Origin: an uncultured Flavobacteriaceae bacterium
GTDB taxonomy: Bacteria; Bacteroidota; Bacteroidia; NS11-12g; UBA955
NCBI GenBank assembly: GCA_964475595.1
Contig: CAYYXG010000012.1
Location: 19,465 to 83,464 of the forward strand
Direction: 5' to 3'
Length of the DNA: 64,000 nt
Notes under the pieces: generated by a model
The model's input: only the letters and a program-made list of their open reading frames with translations
Told to the model about the DNA's origin: nothing
The model's database searches: none
Shown: positions 1-9,457 of the stretch, piece after piece
Layout of the letters: the number at the start of each line of letters is the position of its first letter
Position numbering within the stretch: the stretch's first letter is position 1
Position numbers and translations under genes: made by a program

Positions 1-518
1 ATTCCCACAAAAACTACCAGTAATAACAATATCAAAAGGCCTTCCCTTTTAAACATCGTATTAAATAGGTTAACGTTATCCAGCATTTTATCTTTATGAC
101 GCTCTAAATAAGAAAATGCCATTACATTGCTCAGGCATACCAATACCGTCAGCATAGATTCCTGAAATGATGCCGGAAAATCCATTGCCAACCCCACTGA
201 CACTGCAATCAAAAACCATTTTAGCAGGGCTGTAAACCGAGTATTACCTAAAAAATGCAACGCCCAATAAATACCGCCCAAAGAAATGGTTGGCCAGAAT
301 CTATGCATGAAATCCAATGCGGTACTGGTAAATCCGTAGAAAAGCGACAAGCACATAAAAGATGCAGCAGCAAAGACAATCACGGCGGAATACGCCTTTG
401 TGTAGAAAGCAAATTTTGCCTGTTTCATTCTACGCAGGTCAAAAAAATGATCGATGCCATAATACCCCAGCGTAGATAAAAACAATAAAACGCCATTCAG
501 GTCCGGCTGCTGTGCCAT
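1..518 (-). CDS. polytopic membrane protein, 3' end outside window, function unknown
   Basis: Manual translation: the minus frame is open from 620 to the window edge. ATG at 518 gives MAQQPDLNGVLLFLSTLGYYGIDHFFDLRRMKQAKFAFY... with several hydrophobic stretches. It is absent from the ORF track because no stop lies inside the window. TTG starts at 590, 611 or 614 are also possible. Confidence 0.5.
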   Translation of the reverse strand, partial: MAQQPDLNGVLLFLSTLGYYGIDHFFDLRRMKQAKFAFYTKAYSAVIVFAAASFMCLSLFYGFTSTALDFMHRFWPTISLGGIYWALHFLGNTRFTALLKWFLIAVSVGLAMDFPASFQESMLTVLVCLSNVMAFSYLERHKDKMLDNVNLFNTMFKREGLLILLLLVVFVG

Positions 519-594
519 GGCATAGCATATAAAAACTGCCCAGGCCGTAATGAAAACACCGACCAGCTCAGTTTTTGGGTTGAAAAACAATAGG

Positions 595-840
595 TTAATT
601 TTTGAGAGCAACAATGGAACCTAAACCGGGAATAGCCCTACGCAGCGTTTCCTCAATACCGGCAGTCATGGTCATTTCACTCATTTCACAGGCGCTGCAA
701 GCTCCGGTGAGTCGCAACACGACATCCCTCTCTTCCTTTACTTCTACCAACTCAACATCGCCACCATCGGCCTGCAGGTATGGACGAATGCTATTGAGTG
801 CTTCTTCAATGCGAAGGTTTAATGACTGATTTTCTGCCAT
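595..840 (-). CDS. NifU C-terminal-domain (Nfu-like) Fe-S cluster protein
   Basis: The translation MAENQSLNLRIEEALNSIRPYLQADGGDVELVEV...LTGACSACEMS has the CxxC motif and layout of NifU-like domains. I chose the internal ATG (840) over the track start (855). Confidence 0.85.
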   Translation of the reverse strand: MAENQSLNLRIEEALNSIRPYLQADGGDVELVEVKEERDVVLRLTGACSACEMSEMTMTAGIEETLRRAIPGLGSIVALKN

Positions 841-860
841 AAAGACAACATACAAATATA

Positions 861-1913
861 TTAAACAGCGCTCGAATTTACAATACTAACCCTGCGCGCC
901 ACTTCTGCTGCCAGCGTCATATAGGGTTTAAATGCTTCAGCAGTTTCGTTGATGTATCCTTCATCGGCCATGGCCCTGTAATCCTGCACCAGTGGTAATT
1001 CACCCAGGAAGTCAATTCCGGTTTCTTCGGCCAGCCGCTTGCCGCCACCTTGCCCAAAGATGTAATATTTTTTCTCCGGCATATCATCGGGTACAAAATA
1101 GGACATGTTCTCCACCACCCCTAATATTGGCTTGGCAATGGATGGCATTTTGAACATGGAAATGGCGCGCCTGGCGTCTGCCATGGCTACCTCTTGCGGG
1201 GTTGTAACCAGCACCAGTCCGGTTAATGGAACCATCTGACTGAGGGTTATTTGTACATCACCGGTGCCGGGGGGCAAATCTATAATCAGGTAATCCAGAT
1301 TTCCCCATTCCGTATCATTGATAAACTGTCTGAAGGCACTGCTAATCATAGGGCCACGCCAAACGATAGCCTGATCCGGGGCGGCCATAAAACCAATACT
1401 CAGCAACTTGATTCCCTGCTTTTCAATGGGCACTATCCATTGTTTTCCATCACGCTCCACCATGGGTGGAGCTTCCTTCACCCCAAACATGGTTGGTATG
1501 GAAGGACCATAAATATCGGCATCCAGCAATCCAACAGTTGCCCCTGAATGACGGAGAGCCAACGCCAGCGATACTGCCACCGAGCTCTTCCCCACGCCTC
1601 CCTTACCACTGCCCACAGCAATTACATTTTTCACTCCCGGCAACACCGAATCGGTGACTCTGTTGGTGCTCACACTGCTGGTAACGTTTATTTCTACGGA
1701 AACAGTCGGGTCTACCATCATGCGTATGGCTGTTTTGCAGGCATTCACCATCATGTCCTTCATGGGACAAGCCGGCGTGGTTAACACCAGATCAAACGCA
1801 ATCCTGTCTGTAATGCTTAACCGCTGTATCATGCCCAGCGTAACCAGATCTTTTTTAAGGTCCGGATCATCTACATGCCTCAGCGCAGCCAGCACTTTTT
1901 CTTCAGTAATCAT
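861..1913 (-). CDS. apbC: Mrp/ApbC-family Fe-S cluster carrier ATPase
   Basis: Deviant Walker A motif GSGKGGVGKSS, an N-terminal DUF59-like segment (DPDLKKDLVTLGMI) and a 350-aa length typical of Mrp/NBP35. It lies adjacent to the NifU-like gene. Confidence 0.9.
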   Translation of the reverse strand: MITEEKVLAALRHVDDPDLKKDLVTLGMIQRLSITDRIAFDLVLTTPACPMKDMMVNACKTAIRMMVDPTVSVEINVTSSVSTNRVTDSVLPGVKNVIAVGSGKGGVGKSSVAVSLALALRHSGATVGLLDADIYGPSIPTMFGVKEAPPMVERDGKQWIVPIEKQGIKLLSIGFMAAPDQAIVWRGPMISSAFRQFINDTEWGNLDYLIIDLPPGTGDVQITLSQMVPLTGLVLVTTPQEVAMADARRAISMFKMPSIAKPILGVVENMSYFVPDDMPEKKYYIFGQGGGKRLAEETGIDFLGELPLVQDYRAMADEGYINETAEAFKPYMTLAAEVARRVSIVNSSAV

Positions 1914-2212
1914 GATTTTCTTTTGAAAACATTAACCAATCTGCCAAAAAAACGTTTTTCAAATTCCCAAAAAAAACGAAATTGACCAAATAGGGCACCA
2001 TACAGCAACAGCACTACGTTATAAATTGGCAGAATAAACCAGTAATAACTGTAGGTAAACCATGCCTCATTCGCCCAGTCAAATTGCACTTTGAGAAATC
2101 GTCGAAGCAACATAATGGTGGTACCTGTAAGGGCAAATACGCACAAAATTATCCATACTTTTCCGGCAGATTCTACATTCCAGCGCCGCTTCAGGTTATC
2201 AATCCATGACAC
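1910..2212 (-). CDS. small membrane protein (2-3 TM helices), unknown function
   Basis: 100-aa ORF with hydrophobic helices. Its stop overlaps the mrp start by 4 nt, suggesting co-transcription. Confidence 0.6.
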   Translation of the reverse strand: MSWIDNLKRRWNVESAGKVWIILCVFALTGTTIMLLRRFLKVQFDWANEAWFTYSYYWFILPIYNVVLLLYGALFGQFRFFWEFEKRFFGRLVNVFKRKS

Positions 2213-2245
2213 GGTGCAAAGGTAATCTTAATTTACGGGTTGACC

Positions 2246-5200
2246 TTAACGCATCAGGTAAATTACCCCTACCTGTTCTTTGAAAGATGCATCTCCTTTG
2301 GTAGCTCGTAACTTCAGTTCTTCACCGCCGTCTTTTACGGTTACTTTGTAAAAGTAGGTTCCATTCGCCAGCCTGTCTCCAAACTGGTCCGTTCCATCCC
2401 AGGTCCAGTCTGTGATGTTGTTTCCAATGCGCAAATTACCGAGCTCCTCTTTACTCACCTCTTTCACCACACGACCCTCCACATTCATGATTTTCACACG
2501 TATCTCCTCAGGGATGCTGGTTCCTGTAAGGGTAAATACAAAACGCATTTTACTGGTGAACGGATTGGGATAAGGATAAAACCGGGTAACCGTTTTTTCT
2601 CGCACCACATTGAAGCTCACTTCATAATCGTTGCGTCCCGCCTGATTGCCTGAATAATCCCAGCTCTGCACCTTTAATATATAATTTCCATCGGGCAAAT
2701 CTACAGGACGGTATTCCATAACGGCCCTATTTTGCTGGCTGCTGGCAGGGGTGTAAACCAGCTCCTGTGCACTTACCGGTTCAAAACTTCCCGAACCCGG
2801 CTTCTTAATGAAAAGCACCATTTTTTGGGAATCAGACTGCAAAAGATGCTTGTTTTCATCTTTGCTGCTCACCAAAATCAATGGCGAAGGGCTCACAATT
2901 TCACCATTCATGATATGCTTGCCATCAAATGTTACATCCAGCAATGGATTGATAACATCTTTTTGTACATAAAAATTCAGAAGCGCCGCATTGTTTGCCA
3001 TGGTCAGCTCCGGCTGCTTAAAACCGGCATTAAACGCTATCTGGAGCGCATAGGGGCCACTCAAACCCAGGGTGGCTAGTGTTTCCTTAAAAATCAAAAT
3101 AGAGTCGGGCTTAAGGGCTGCAAACCGCATTTTCCCTGATTTTATTTCGGTACGGGTAACCTTGTGAAAAATTTTGAAATCTAGGTCGATGCTGTCTCTA
3201 AAATTCACCTTGCTAATGTTCTTAAATGGCAATACGACCCTCAACGTATCGCCTTCATACAGCGTATCATTATAAAATCTGTAACCCACCACCGGATCAG
3301 GATACAGGGTTCCTTCGGGAACGGGTGAATGGGTAACGCGCCAGTGGAGCAGATTGGGAGCTGTATTGCCTGCCAAATCTGTAAACTGTCCTTTTAAATA
3401 GATATACCTGAATTTCTGGGTGTTTACTGAAGAAAAATCATGTTGGGTAAGTACCGAATCGGACAGCAGCAGTGGTTGTTCTTGCCCACCTGTATCCACA
3501 CCATACACAGATATGTCAAACTTATCACTTTCTACCTTGGGTATTTGGGTGAGTAAGGGCCTTGAATATAAAGTCCCGAAACGATCCACAGGCCCGATGA
3601 GTTCACTCTTCAAAAAGCCAGTATTGGCATCTCCCAACATATCTGCTTCCAAGCCCACGTAGGCAGAAACAGACCCAAAAGTATGCTTCTCCTGCGCGGT
3701 TCCGGGCTTACCACCTTTTTTACCCAGGCACACCCACATGGCGTCTGCAGTGCGATATTGGGCACTGTCAAAGATATTACTGCCAATGTCATTGAGTGCC
3801 TGCAACACTTCGGGCTTCCAAGTATTGGCAAAATTTTGCCTGCGGCTAAAAATGGTTACGTAGTTGCTGTCGGGAAGCGCATTGATGAAATTGATGAATT
3901 TGTCTTGCTCACTCTCAATATTCATTTGAAAAGCATAATAAAGCTGCTCATCAATATTGTGTCCAAATGTACTCCAAAGCGCACCGGGCCAGCAATCGGG
4001 CCATACTTTGGAGGGATCAACCGCTTCTCGCAACAACTTTTTCCCATTCCAGGGTATGGCTACAAGGCCTTCTTTACAAACACCCCAGTTCATATCCTGA
4101 CCTCCAAATCCCCCCTCCTTAACGCCCTTATTAGGGTGATACATATACTGACAGTCAATGTAAATCTTTTTAAGTACCTTCTTAAATTTCAAACTTTTGG
4201 AAGCCGAATCAACAGTCATATTAGAAAGTACATTTTTTGAAACCGGATCAACATATTGCCAGTGCACATTTTGCATCCAGCCATCCTGATGACCTTTGAT
4301 GTAGGTAAAAGAACCGGTCTGCCATCCGCCACCCTCATTAACCGAAGCGCTGATTCGGGCTCGCCAGTAATACGGCAAGGTATCTTTCAACAAAGGCAAT
4401 TTCACAGACCACTGCGCCATAATTGCCCGATTCAGCGGTTTTCCCTGTTTCTCAAGTGAAATCAGCAAAGGGCTATTAAATCTTGGTGTGGTGTCAAGTT
4501 CAAAATAATAATCTTCATTTTGCTTAAAAACATCTCCCGCCTGTGCCACCAAAATGGCAGTATCCCTTCCCCAAATGGCAAAATTTTTCGGCGAAACCAG
4601 GTTAACCCCATTGCCCGGTATATAACGTTTTAGGGTAGCTGAATTATTCAGGTAGGTGTATTCTTCAGGTGTTTTTTCAGAATTCACAATAATGTTAAAA
4701 AAGTTCTCCCCTTTCACCTGAACATCTTTTGATGCCACGCGGATAAACAACGTATCTTCAAATCCACGCTGCAACGCACGGGCACTGTAGTTTCTCTTGG
4801 TTACACCATCAGGATATATCCATTGAAGATTGACTGAGAAACTATCTTTAATACCCCTCCCATAATTGCGCAATACCACTCCCACATCAAAACTATCCAT
4901 CAACGCAAACGCATTCTCAGGTTTTAGAAAAATACTTTGACTGTTTACGCTCAAATCGGGCAGCTGTGGGGTATAAACCGCTACCGCCGGATCTCCCTGC
5001 AAAAACAATTGCCTGGCGTGTATTTTATTCAACGATGATGAAGGATTTTGCCACCGCGATAACATGGTTTTCAGCACTCCGCCCAAGGTTTTGTTTGGGG
5101 TAGAATCAAAATAAATTTCGTAAAAATAGCGCATCTGTGAACTGATGGTGTACAGTTCACTCAGCGAAACCTGGCCCATAAAAGCAATTGCACCCTTCTT

Positions 5201-7330
5201 TTCACCACGAAAAACCCGCTCTCCCAAACCTTTTTGTGTGGTGGGCAATGCCGGATTGCCTACCTGACAGCCGTTGAAATAACAAATGGGATACTTACCC
5301 TCATTCAGGTATTTTTCGGGTGTGCCCATGTCAATATCAGTAACGGAAAGACTTCCATGTCCCAGGAATGAAATCAAACTGGTACCATTATTAATCCTGC
5401 TTACAATTTTGTCTTTAAAATTGGGATCTACAATCCCCACCGAGGATTTGGAAAACTGAGTTACAACACCGGCAAAAGGATCGCCTTCGGGATAAACCCT
5501 CAGTCCATCCACAATATTTTTAATGATGTTGGTTTCATTGGCATTAGAACCACCACTCAAGTGAAGAATCTGTTTTTGCCATTCCTGATAATTATTTTCC
5601 GGCCGAATATACCCTTTGAGTTTATCCAGATAAATACTGATATCTTTAGCACTATCAGCCGGAATGCGCCCGGTGGCAATGGCCGGCTCCATGGGCTTGG
5701 CATTCCCAAGGCCTGAGGTGAACATCCAGTCACTTACGGGATGACCAATGGTAGGTACATGGTTAAATTTCTGCAGTGGGCGTAACTGATTCAGACCACT
5801 GCCCCGATTGTAGGCATTATCATAACCACGCCCTAACAACAGCAAAAACTTGGGCTGTGAAGAAGGACTGCTCTTTTCAATCAAAAACTTGCAGTAATTT
5901 CGTATAGCCAGGGGATGCGGTAATCCGTAGCTGAAGTAATCATAAAGGTTTTGAACCAAATTAAGCTGAACGCTGTACCGGTTCTCTCGCAGGGCTTTGT
6001 AGTCATTTAGCTCTCCCTTTGGACTTACCAGTGAACGACTGGAAACCATCAAAAACTCGCAATTCCCTACGTGAAAATTATAATTGATCTGTGAGACCGT
6101 ATCCATTCTGGAGAATGGCAACATCTCCACACGGCTTTCGTCAATCAGTGAGATACGCCCCCGTTGAGGCATGGGCGGCACAACCACACTCAGGTCACGG
6201 CTGACAGCATCCACAGTCCCCGTGTAACGCAAATGGTTGATTTCATCATAAAAAACCGGTGCATTCTGATTGTTTTTCCCGAATTGGGTCCAAACCTCCT
6301 GATGGGCTGCAAAAGCGGTATCCTCGTAGAAGAAGTATCGGGAGGAATCTTTGAGGTTGTTTTTCCGAGGGTAGTCCAAAATGGTATGAGAATGCCCATA
6401 CATACTGCTTTTGGCCCCATTGATTAACTGCGGATTGAAAAGCAGAAAAGATTGATCCTGCCCCATATCTGACGAATTGATGTTAATCCGCTGCGTTATA
6501 GGCCTTACCCCTAAAAAGGTGGTATCCGAGAGCAGCTTTTTACCATTGCCATCTGCACTGATTTGCATGGTGAACCGGTTATTGGGAATCATACTGCCCG
6601 CAGGAGGCGGGGTATGGGCGGTTAGACCGGATTCCAGCATGGGCATTGGACCCAAAGGACTCAGATCGGGGTGTTTTAATATCACTGAATACTGGCTTGG
6701 TGCCCAGAAATAATCGCCCACAAATCCCTCCCCGGCCATATATTCACTGTAAAAGACGGCATGACTTCCCAAAGCCATATAATCTCCTTCACAATAGTTC
6801 ACATCAGGCGCATACACAAATCGGCTGATATGGTAATTGCGAGAAGGCATGGCAGAAACACCGCTGAATGATTTGTACCTGAGATTACTGCGACCCGGCC
6901 TAAGGGTAAAAAAATACACATTGGTGTCAGACATCATATTTTTGATCTGATGCCGCTGATGTTCGGGCTTATCATACAAACCCTGGTCGATTTCCCCGCT
7001 GGCAGGATGTCCCACAAATTCTATGTAATCGAATGCATCCAGCCGATTATTGGCATTCTGATCATAGATATACACCGGAATTTGTTTGCCCATGTTGTAC
7101 ATGGCAAAGTCAGAGATGGGAATATTATTGAGAAACAAGCCCCTTGACGTAAACCAAGGCTCTATGGAAAAATAGCCCAGCCGGTAAACATCGTCCTTCC
7201 AGATTTTGATTTTACCGTGAAACTGTGTCCAATCTATCCACTCATTGCCGTAGGTTTGCGAGAAACAATTCGGTAAACCGGAAAGAGCCAAGAAAATTAG
7301 AAGGGCACACTTTCTGAACCGAAATTTCAT
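2246..7330 (-). CDS. C25 (gingipain/PorU-like) cysteine peptidase family protein with T9SS-type C-terminal domain
   Basis: 1,694 aa. Signal peptide MKFRFRKCALLIFLALSG. His/Cys dyad context FLGHGS...YFNGCQVGNP. C-terminal segment FYPYPNPF...GTYFYKVTV resembles T9SS sorting/FlgD-Ig-like domains. Confidence 0.75.
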   Translation of the reverse strand: MKFRFRKCALLIFLALSGLPNCFSQTYGNEWIDWTQFHGKIKIWKDDVYRLGYFSIEPWFTSRGLFLNNIPISDFAMYNMGKQIPVYIYDQNANNRLDAFDYIEFVGHPASGEIDQGLYDKPEHQRHQIKNMMSDTNVYFFTLRPGRSNLRYKSFSGVSAMPSRNYHISRFVYAPDVNYCEGDYMALGSHAVFYSEYMAGEGFVGDYFWAPSQYSVILKHPDLSPLGPMPMLESGLTAHTPPPAGSMIPNNRFTMQISADGNGKKLLSDTTFLGVRPITQRININSSDMGQDQSFLLFNPQLINGAKSSMYGHSHTILDYPRKNNLKDSSRYFFYEDTAFAAHQEVWTQFGKNNQNAPVFYDEINHLRYTGTVDAVSRDLSVVVPPMPQRGRISLIDESRVEMLPFSRMDTVSQINYNFHVGNCEFLMVSSRSLVSPKGELNDYKALRENRYSVQLNLVQNLYDYFSYGLPHPLAIRNYCKFLIEKSSPSSQPKFLLLLGRGYDNAYNRGSGLNQLRPLQKFNHVPTIGHPVSDWMFTSGLGNAKPMEPAIATGRIPADSAKDISIYLDKLKGYIRPENNYQEWQKQILHLSGGSNANETNIIKNIVDGLRVYPEGDPFAGVVTQFSKSSVGIVDPNFKDKIVSRINNGTSLISFLGHGSLSVTDIDMGTPEKYLNEGKYPICYFNGCQVGNPALPTTQKGLGERVFRGEKKGAIAFMGQVSLSELYTISSQMRYFYEIYFDSTPNKTLGGVLKTMLSRWQNPSSSLNKIHARQLFLQGDPAVAVYTPQLPDLSVNSQSIFLKPENAFALMDSFDVGVVLRNYGRGIKDSFSVNLQWIYPDGVTKRNYSARALQRGFEDTLFIRVASKDVQVKGENFFNIIVNSEKTPEEYTYLNNSATLKRYIPGNGVNLVSPKNFAIWGRDTAILVAQAGDVFKQNEDYYFELDTTPRFNSPLLISLEKQGKPLNRAIMAQWSVKLPLLKDTLPYYWRARISASVNEGGGWQTGSFTYIKGHQDGWMQNVHWQYVDPVSKNVLSNMTVDSASKSLKFKKVLKKIYIDCQYMYHPNKGVKEGGFGGQDMNWGVCKEGLVAIPWNGKKLLREAVDPSKVWPDCWPGALWSTFGHNIDEQLYYAFQMNIESEQDKFINFINALPDSNYVTIFSRRQNFANTWKPEVLQALNDIGSNIFDSAQYRTADAMWVCLGKKGGKPGTAQEKHTFGSVSAYVGLEADMLGDANTGFLKSELIGPVDRFGTLYSRPLLTQIPKVESDKFDISVYGVDTGGQEQPLLLSDSVLTQHDFSSVNTQKFRYIYLKGQFTDLAGNTAPNLLHWRVTHSPVPEGTLYPDPVVGYRFYNDTLYEGDTLRVVLPFKNISKVNFRDSIDLDFKIFHKVTRTEIKSGKMRFAALKPDSILIFKETLATLGLSGPYALQIAFNAGFKQPELTMANNAALLNFYVQKDVINPLLDVTFDGKHIMNGEIVSPSPLILVSSKDENKHLLQSDSQKMVLFIKKPGSGSFEPVSAQELVYTPASSQQNRAVMEYRPVDLPDGNYILKVQSWDYSGNQAGRNDYEVSFNVVREKTVTRFYPYPNPFTSKMRFVFTLTGTSIPEEIRVKIMNVEGRVVKEVSKEELGNLRIGNNITDWTWDGTDQFGDRLANGTYFYKVTVKDGGEELKLRATKGDASFKEQVGVIYLMR

Positions 7331-7341
7331 ACTACAAAATT

Positions 7342-8073
7342 ATGGAAAATATTCCAATTAAAAGTCAAAAAAAAGCCACTTTGGTCATGATGCCTATGCC
7401 ATTGGGCAGCCTGTCTACCGACAGCATGTTTCACCGTGAATTCGAATCCCAAATTACCGGAATAAATTGCTGGATTGTTGAAAATGCGCGCACCTTCAGG
7501 CGCTTTGTTTCATCACTGAAACTTTCCATCGACATTGAACAACTTAACATTTTCGAATTATACAGGGATTATGATAAGATTGCCCTGATACATTTTTTAG
7601 ATGAGCACATACGAACAGGCGACATTGGCGTTGCGAGTGAAGCAGGGGTGCCCGGCATGGCAGATCCCGGGGCTGAGATTGCTGCCTGGGCCCATGCACA
7701 TAATATACCGGTCATCTCAGTTACCGGCCCGTCCAGCTTGCTGCTGGCGCTTAGTGGTAGCGGACTCAACGGACAACAATTCAGCTTCCACGGATATGCA
7801 CCGGTTAAGGAAGAAGAACTGCGAACTTTTGTAGGGAAATTGGGGAAAGATTGCGAAAAAACCGGCTACACACAGGCGCTGATAGAGGCACCCTACCGAT
7901 CAGACCGGTTACTGATACATTTGTTGGGCATCCTGAATGATTCCTTAAAAATATGCATTGCCTGCAATCTGCATGAAACTGACGGATTTATCAAAACACA
8001 GACCGTAGCTGCATGGAAAGCATCCAAAGTCACATTAGGGAAAAAACCCTGCATTTTCTTGGTTGGGAGATAG
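7342..8073 (+). CDS. SAM-dependent methyltransferase, tetrapyrrole-methylase/RsmI-like fold
   Basis: KKATLVMMPMPLGS at the N-terminus and SEAGVPGMADPGAEI...VTGPSSLLLAL match the RsmI-like family pattern. Confidence 0.75.
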   Translation: MENIPIKSQKKATLVMMPMPLGSLSTDSMFHREFESQITGINCWIVENARTFRRFVSSLKLSIDIEQLNIFELYRDYDKIALIHFLDEHIRTGDIGVASEAGVPGMADPGAEIAAWAHAHNIPVISVTGPSSLLLALSGSGLNGQQFSFHGYAPVKEEELRTFVGKLGKDCEKTGYTQALIEAPYRSDRLLIHLLGILNDSLKICIACNLHETDGFIKTQTVAAWKASKVTLGKKPCIFLVGR

Positions 8074-8097
8074 CGTTATATAATTCCGAAATCATTG

Positions 8098-8105
8098 TAC
8101 CTTTG
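8098..8105 (+). promoter_or_regulatory. Bacteroidota -7 promoter box (TAccTTTG)
   Basis: Matches the TAnnTTTG consensus 24 nt upstream of the ATG at 8129. Confidence 0.45.
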
Positions 8106-8128
8106 TTGCGAAAAACCTATATCATTTC

Positions 8129-9382
8129 ATGGTAAACGATATCTTTAAAAAAGTAGTAAACCGCATGGGCCCTTTGGGCGAGCATGCTGACGACGCTCAC
8201 GGTTACTTTACATTCCCAAAACTAGAAGGTCCTATTGGCCCCAGGATGATGTTTAATGGAAAAATGAAGCTGAACTGGAGTTTAAACAACTATCTTGGAC
8301 TTGCCAATCATCCTGAAGTAATGAAGGCCGATGCCGATGCCGCGGCACAATTTGGCATGGCTTACCCCATGGGTGCCCGCATGATGAGCGGTAACAGCAA
8401 TTACCATGAACAATTGGAAAAAGACCTGGCCGATTTTATTGGTAAACCCGATGTGATTCTTTTGAACTATGGCTATCAGGGAGTAGTTTCGGCCATTGAT
8501 GCCCTGGTAGATCGCCACGATATAATTGTATATGATGCCGAATCTCATGCCTGTATTATCGATGGCATGCGCCTGCATATTGGCAAGCGTTTTATGTATC
8601 AGCACAACAATATTGAAAGTCTGGAAAAACAGCTGAACCATGCTACCAAGCTGGCCGAGAAAACCGGTGGGGGTATCATGGTAATAACCGAAGGAGTTTT
8701 TGGCATGAGCGGCTCCCAGGGAAAACTGAAAGAAATAGTTGCGCTCAAAGAAAAATTCAACTTCCGCTTGTTTGTGGACGATGCACACGGTTTTGGCACC
8801 ATGGGTAAAACCGGCGCCGGAACCGGAGAAGAGCAAAACTGCATGGACGGGATTGATGTGTATTTCAGCACATTCGCTAAAAGTATGGCAGGCATTGGTG
8901 CATTTATTGGTGCCGATGCACAAATCATTAAGTATTTGCGCTACAACATGCGTAGTCAGATTTATGCCAAGGCTTTGCCTATGCCCATGACTATTGGTTC
9001 TATCAAGCGGCTTGAACTCATTCGCACACGCCCTGAATTGAAAGACAATCTCTGGAAAATTGTTAATGCACTCCAAGGTGGACTGCGTGAAGCCGGCTTC
9101 AACATTGGTATAACCACCACCCCTGTTACGCCTGTCCTACTCAATGGAACTATCCCCGAAGCCACCCACATGACTTTTGATTTGCGTGAGAATTTTGATA
9201 TTTTCTGCAGCATCGTGGTTTATCCGGTGGTTCCCAAAGGCGTGATTATGCTTCGTCTTATCCCCACAGCTGTCCACACCCTGGAAGATGTAGCCGAAAC
9301 CATCAGCGCTTTTAAAGCCATTAAGCATAAACTGGATAGTGGAGCCTACCGTCAGGAAAAACTGGCTACCGCAAAACCATAA
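8129..9382 (+). CDS. alpha-oxoamine synthase family PLP enzyme (Kbl/BioF/Spt-like acyltransferase)
   Basis: 417 aa. Motifs NYLGLANHP and DDAHGFG, with the PLP-lysine context STFAKSMAG. The substrate cannot be told from the sequence alone. Confidence 0.85.
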   Translation: MVNDIFKKVVNRMGPLGEHADDAHGYFTFPKLEGPIGPRMMFNGKMKLNWSLNNYLGLANHPEVMKADADAAAQFGMAYPMGARMMSGNSNYHEQLEKDLADFIGKPDVILLNYGYQGVVSAIDALVDRHDIIVYDAESHACIIDGMRLHIGKRFMYQHNNIESLEKQLNHATKLAEKTGGGIMVITEGVFGMSGSQGKLKEIVALKEKFNFRLFVDDAHGFGTMGKTGAGTGEEQNCMDGIDVYFSTFAKSMAGIGAFIGADAQIIKYLRYNMRSQIYAKALPMPMTIGSIKRLELIRTRPELKDNLWKIVNALQGGLREAGFNIGITTTPVTPVLLNGTIPEATHMTFDLRENFDIFCSIVVYPVVPKGVIMLRLIPTAVHTLEDVAETISAFKAIKHKLDSGAYRQEKLATAKP

Positions 9383-9402
9383 TTAACGCCATGCGTAATA
9401 AA

Positions 9403-9457
9403 AGCCCCGGCCTGTGGGTGTCTCTAACCAGGAGCGAATATGCCGGGGCTTTTTTTA
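9403..9457 (+). terminator. putative intrinsic terminator after the oxoamine synthase gene
   Basis: 9-bp GC-rich arms agccccggc (9403-9411) and gccggggct (9442-9450) are followed by T7. The loop is unusually long (30 nt). It lies inside the track ORF starting at 9391, which argues for the later start at 9457. Confidence 0.45.

Noticed and set aside
255-479. 74-aa plus-strand ORF at the window start.
   Set aside because: It is opposite a longer open minus-strand frame with membrane-protein character that runs off the window edge.
7367-7374. A8 homopolymer in the 5' coding region of the methyltransferase gene, considered as a slipped-strand phase-variation switch.
   Set aside because: The tract is short and encodes the Lys-rich segment QKK. 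There is no supporting evidence, and similar A/T runs are common in this genome.
8282-9076. 264-aa ORF antisense to the oxoamine synthase gene, plus other antisense ORFs at 8599-8928 and 8962-9213.
   Set aside because: These are shadow ORFs opposite a well-supported gene, with low-complexity translations and no motifs.
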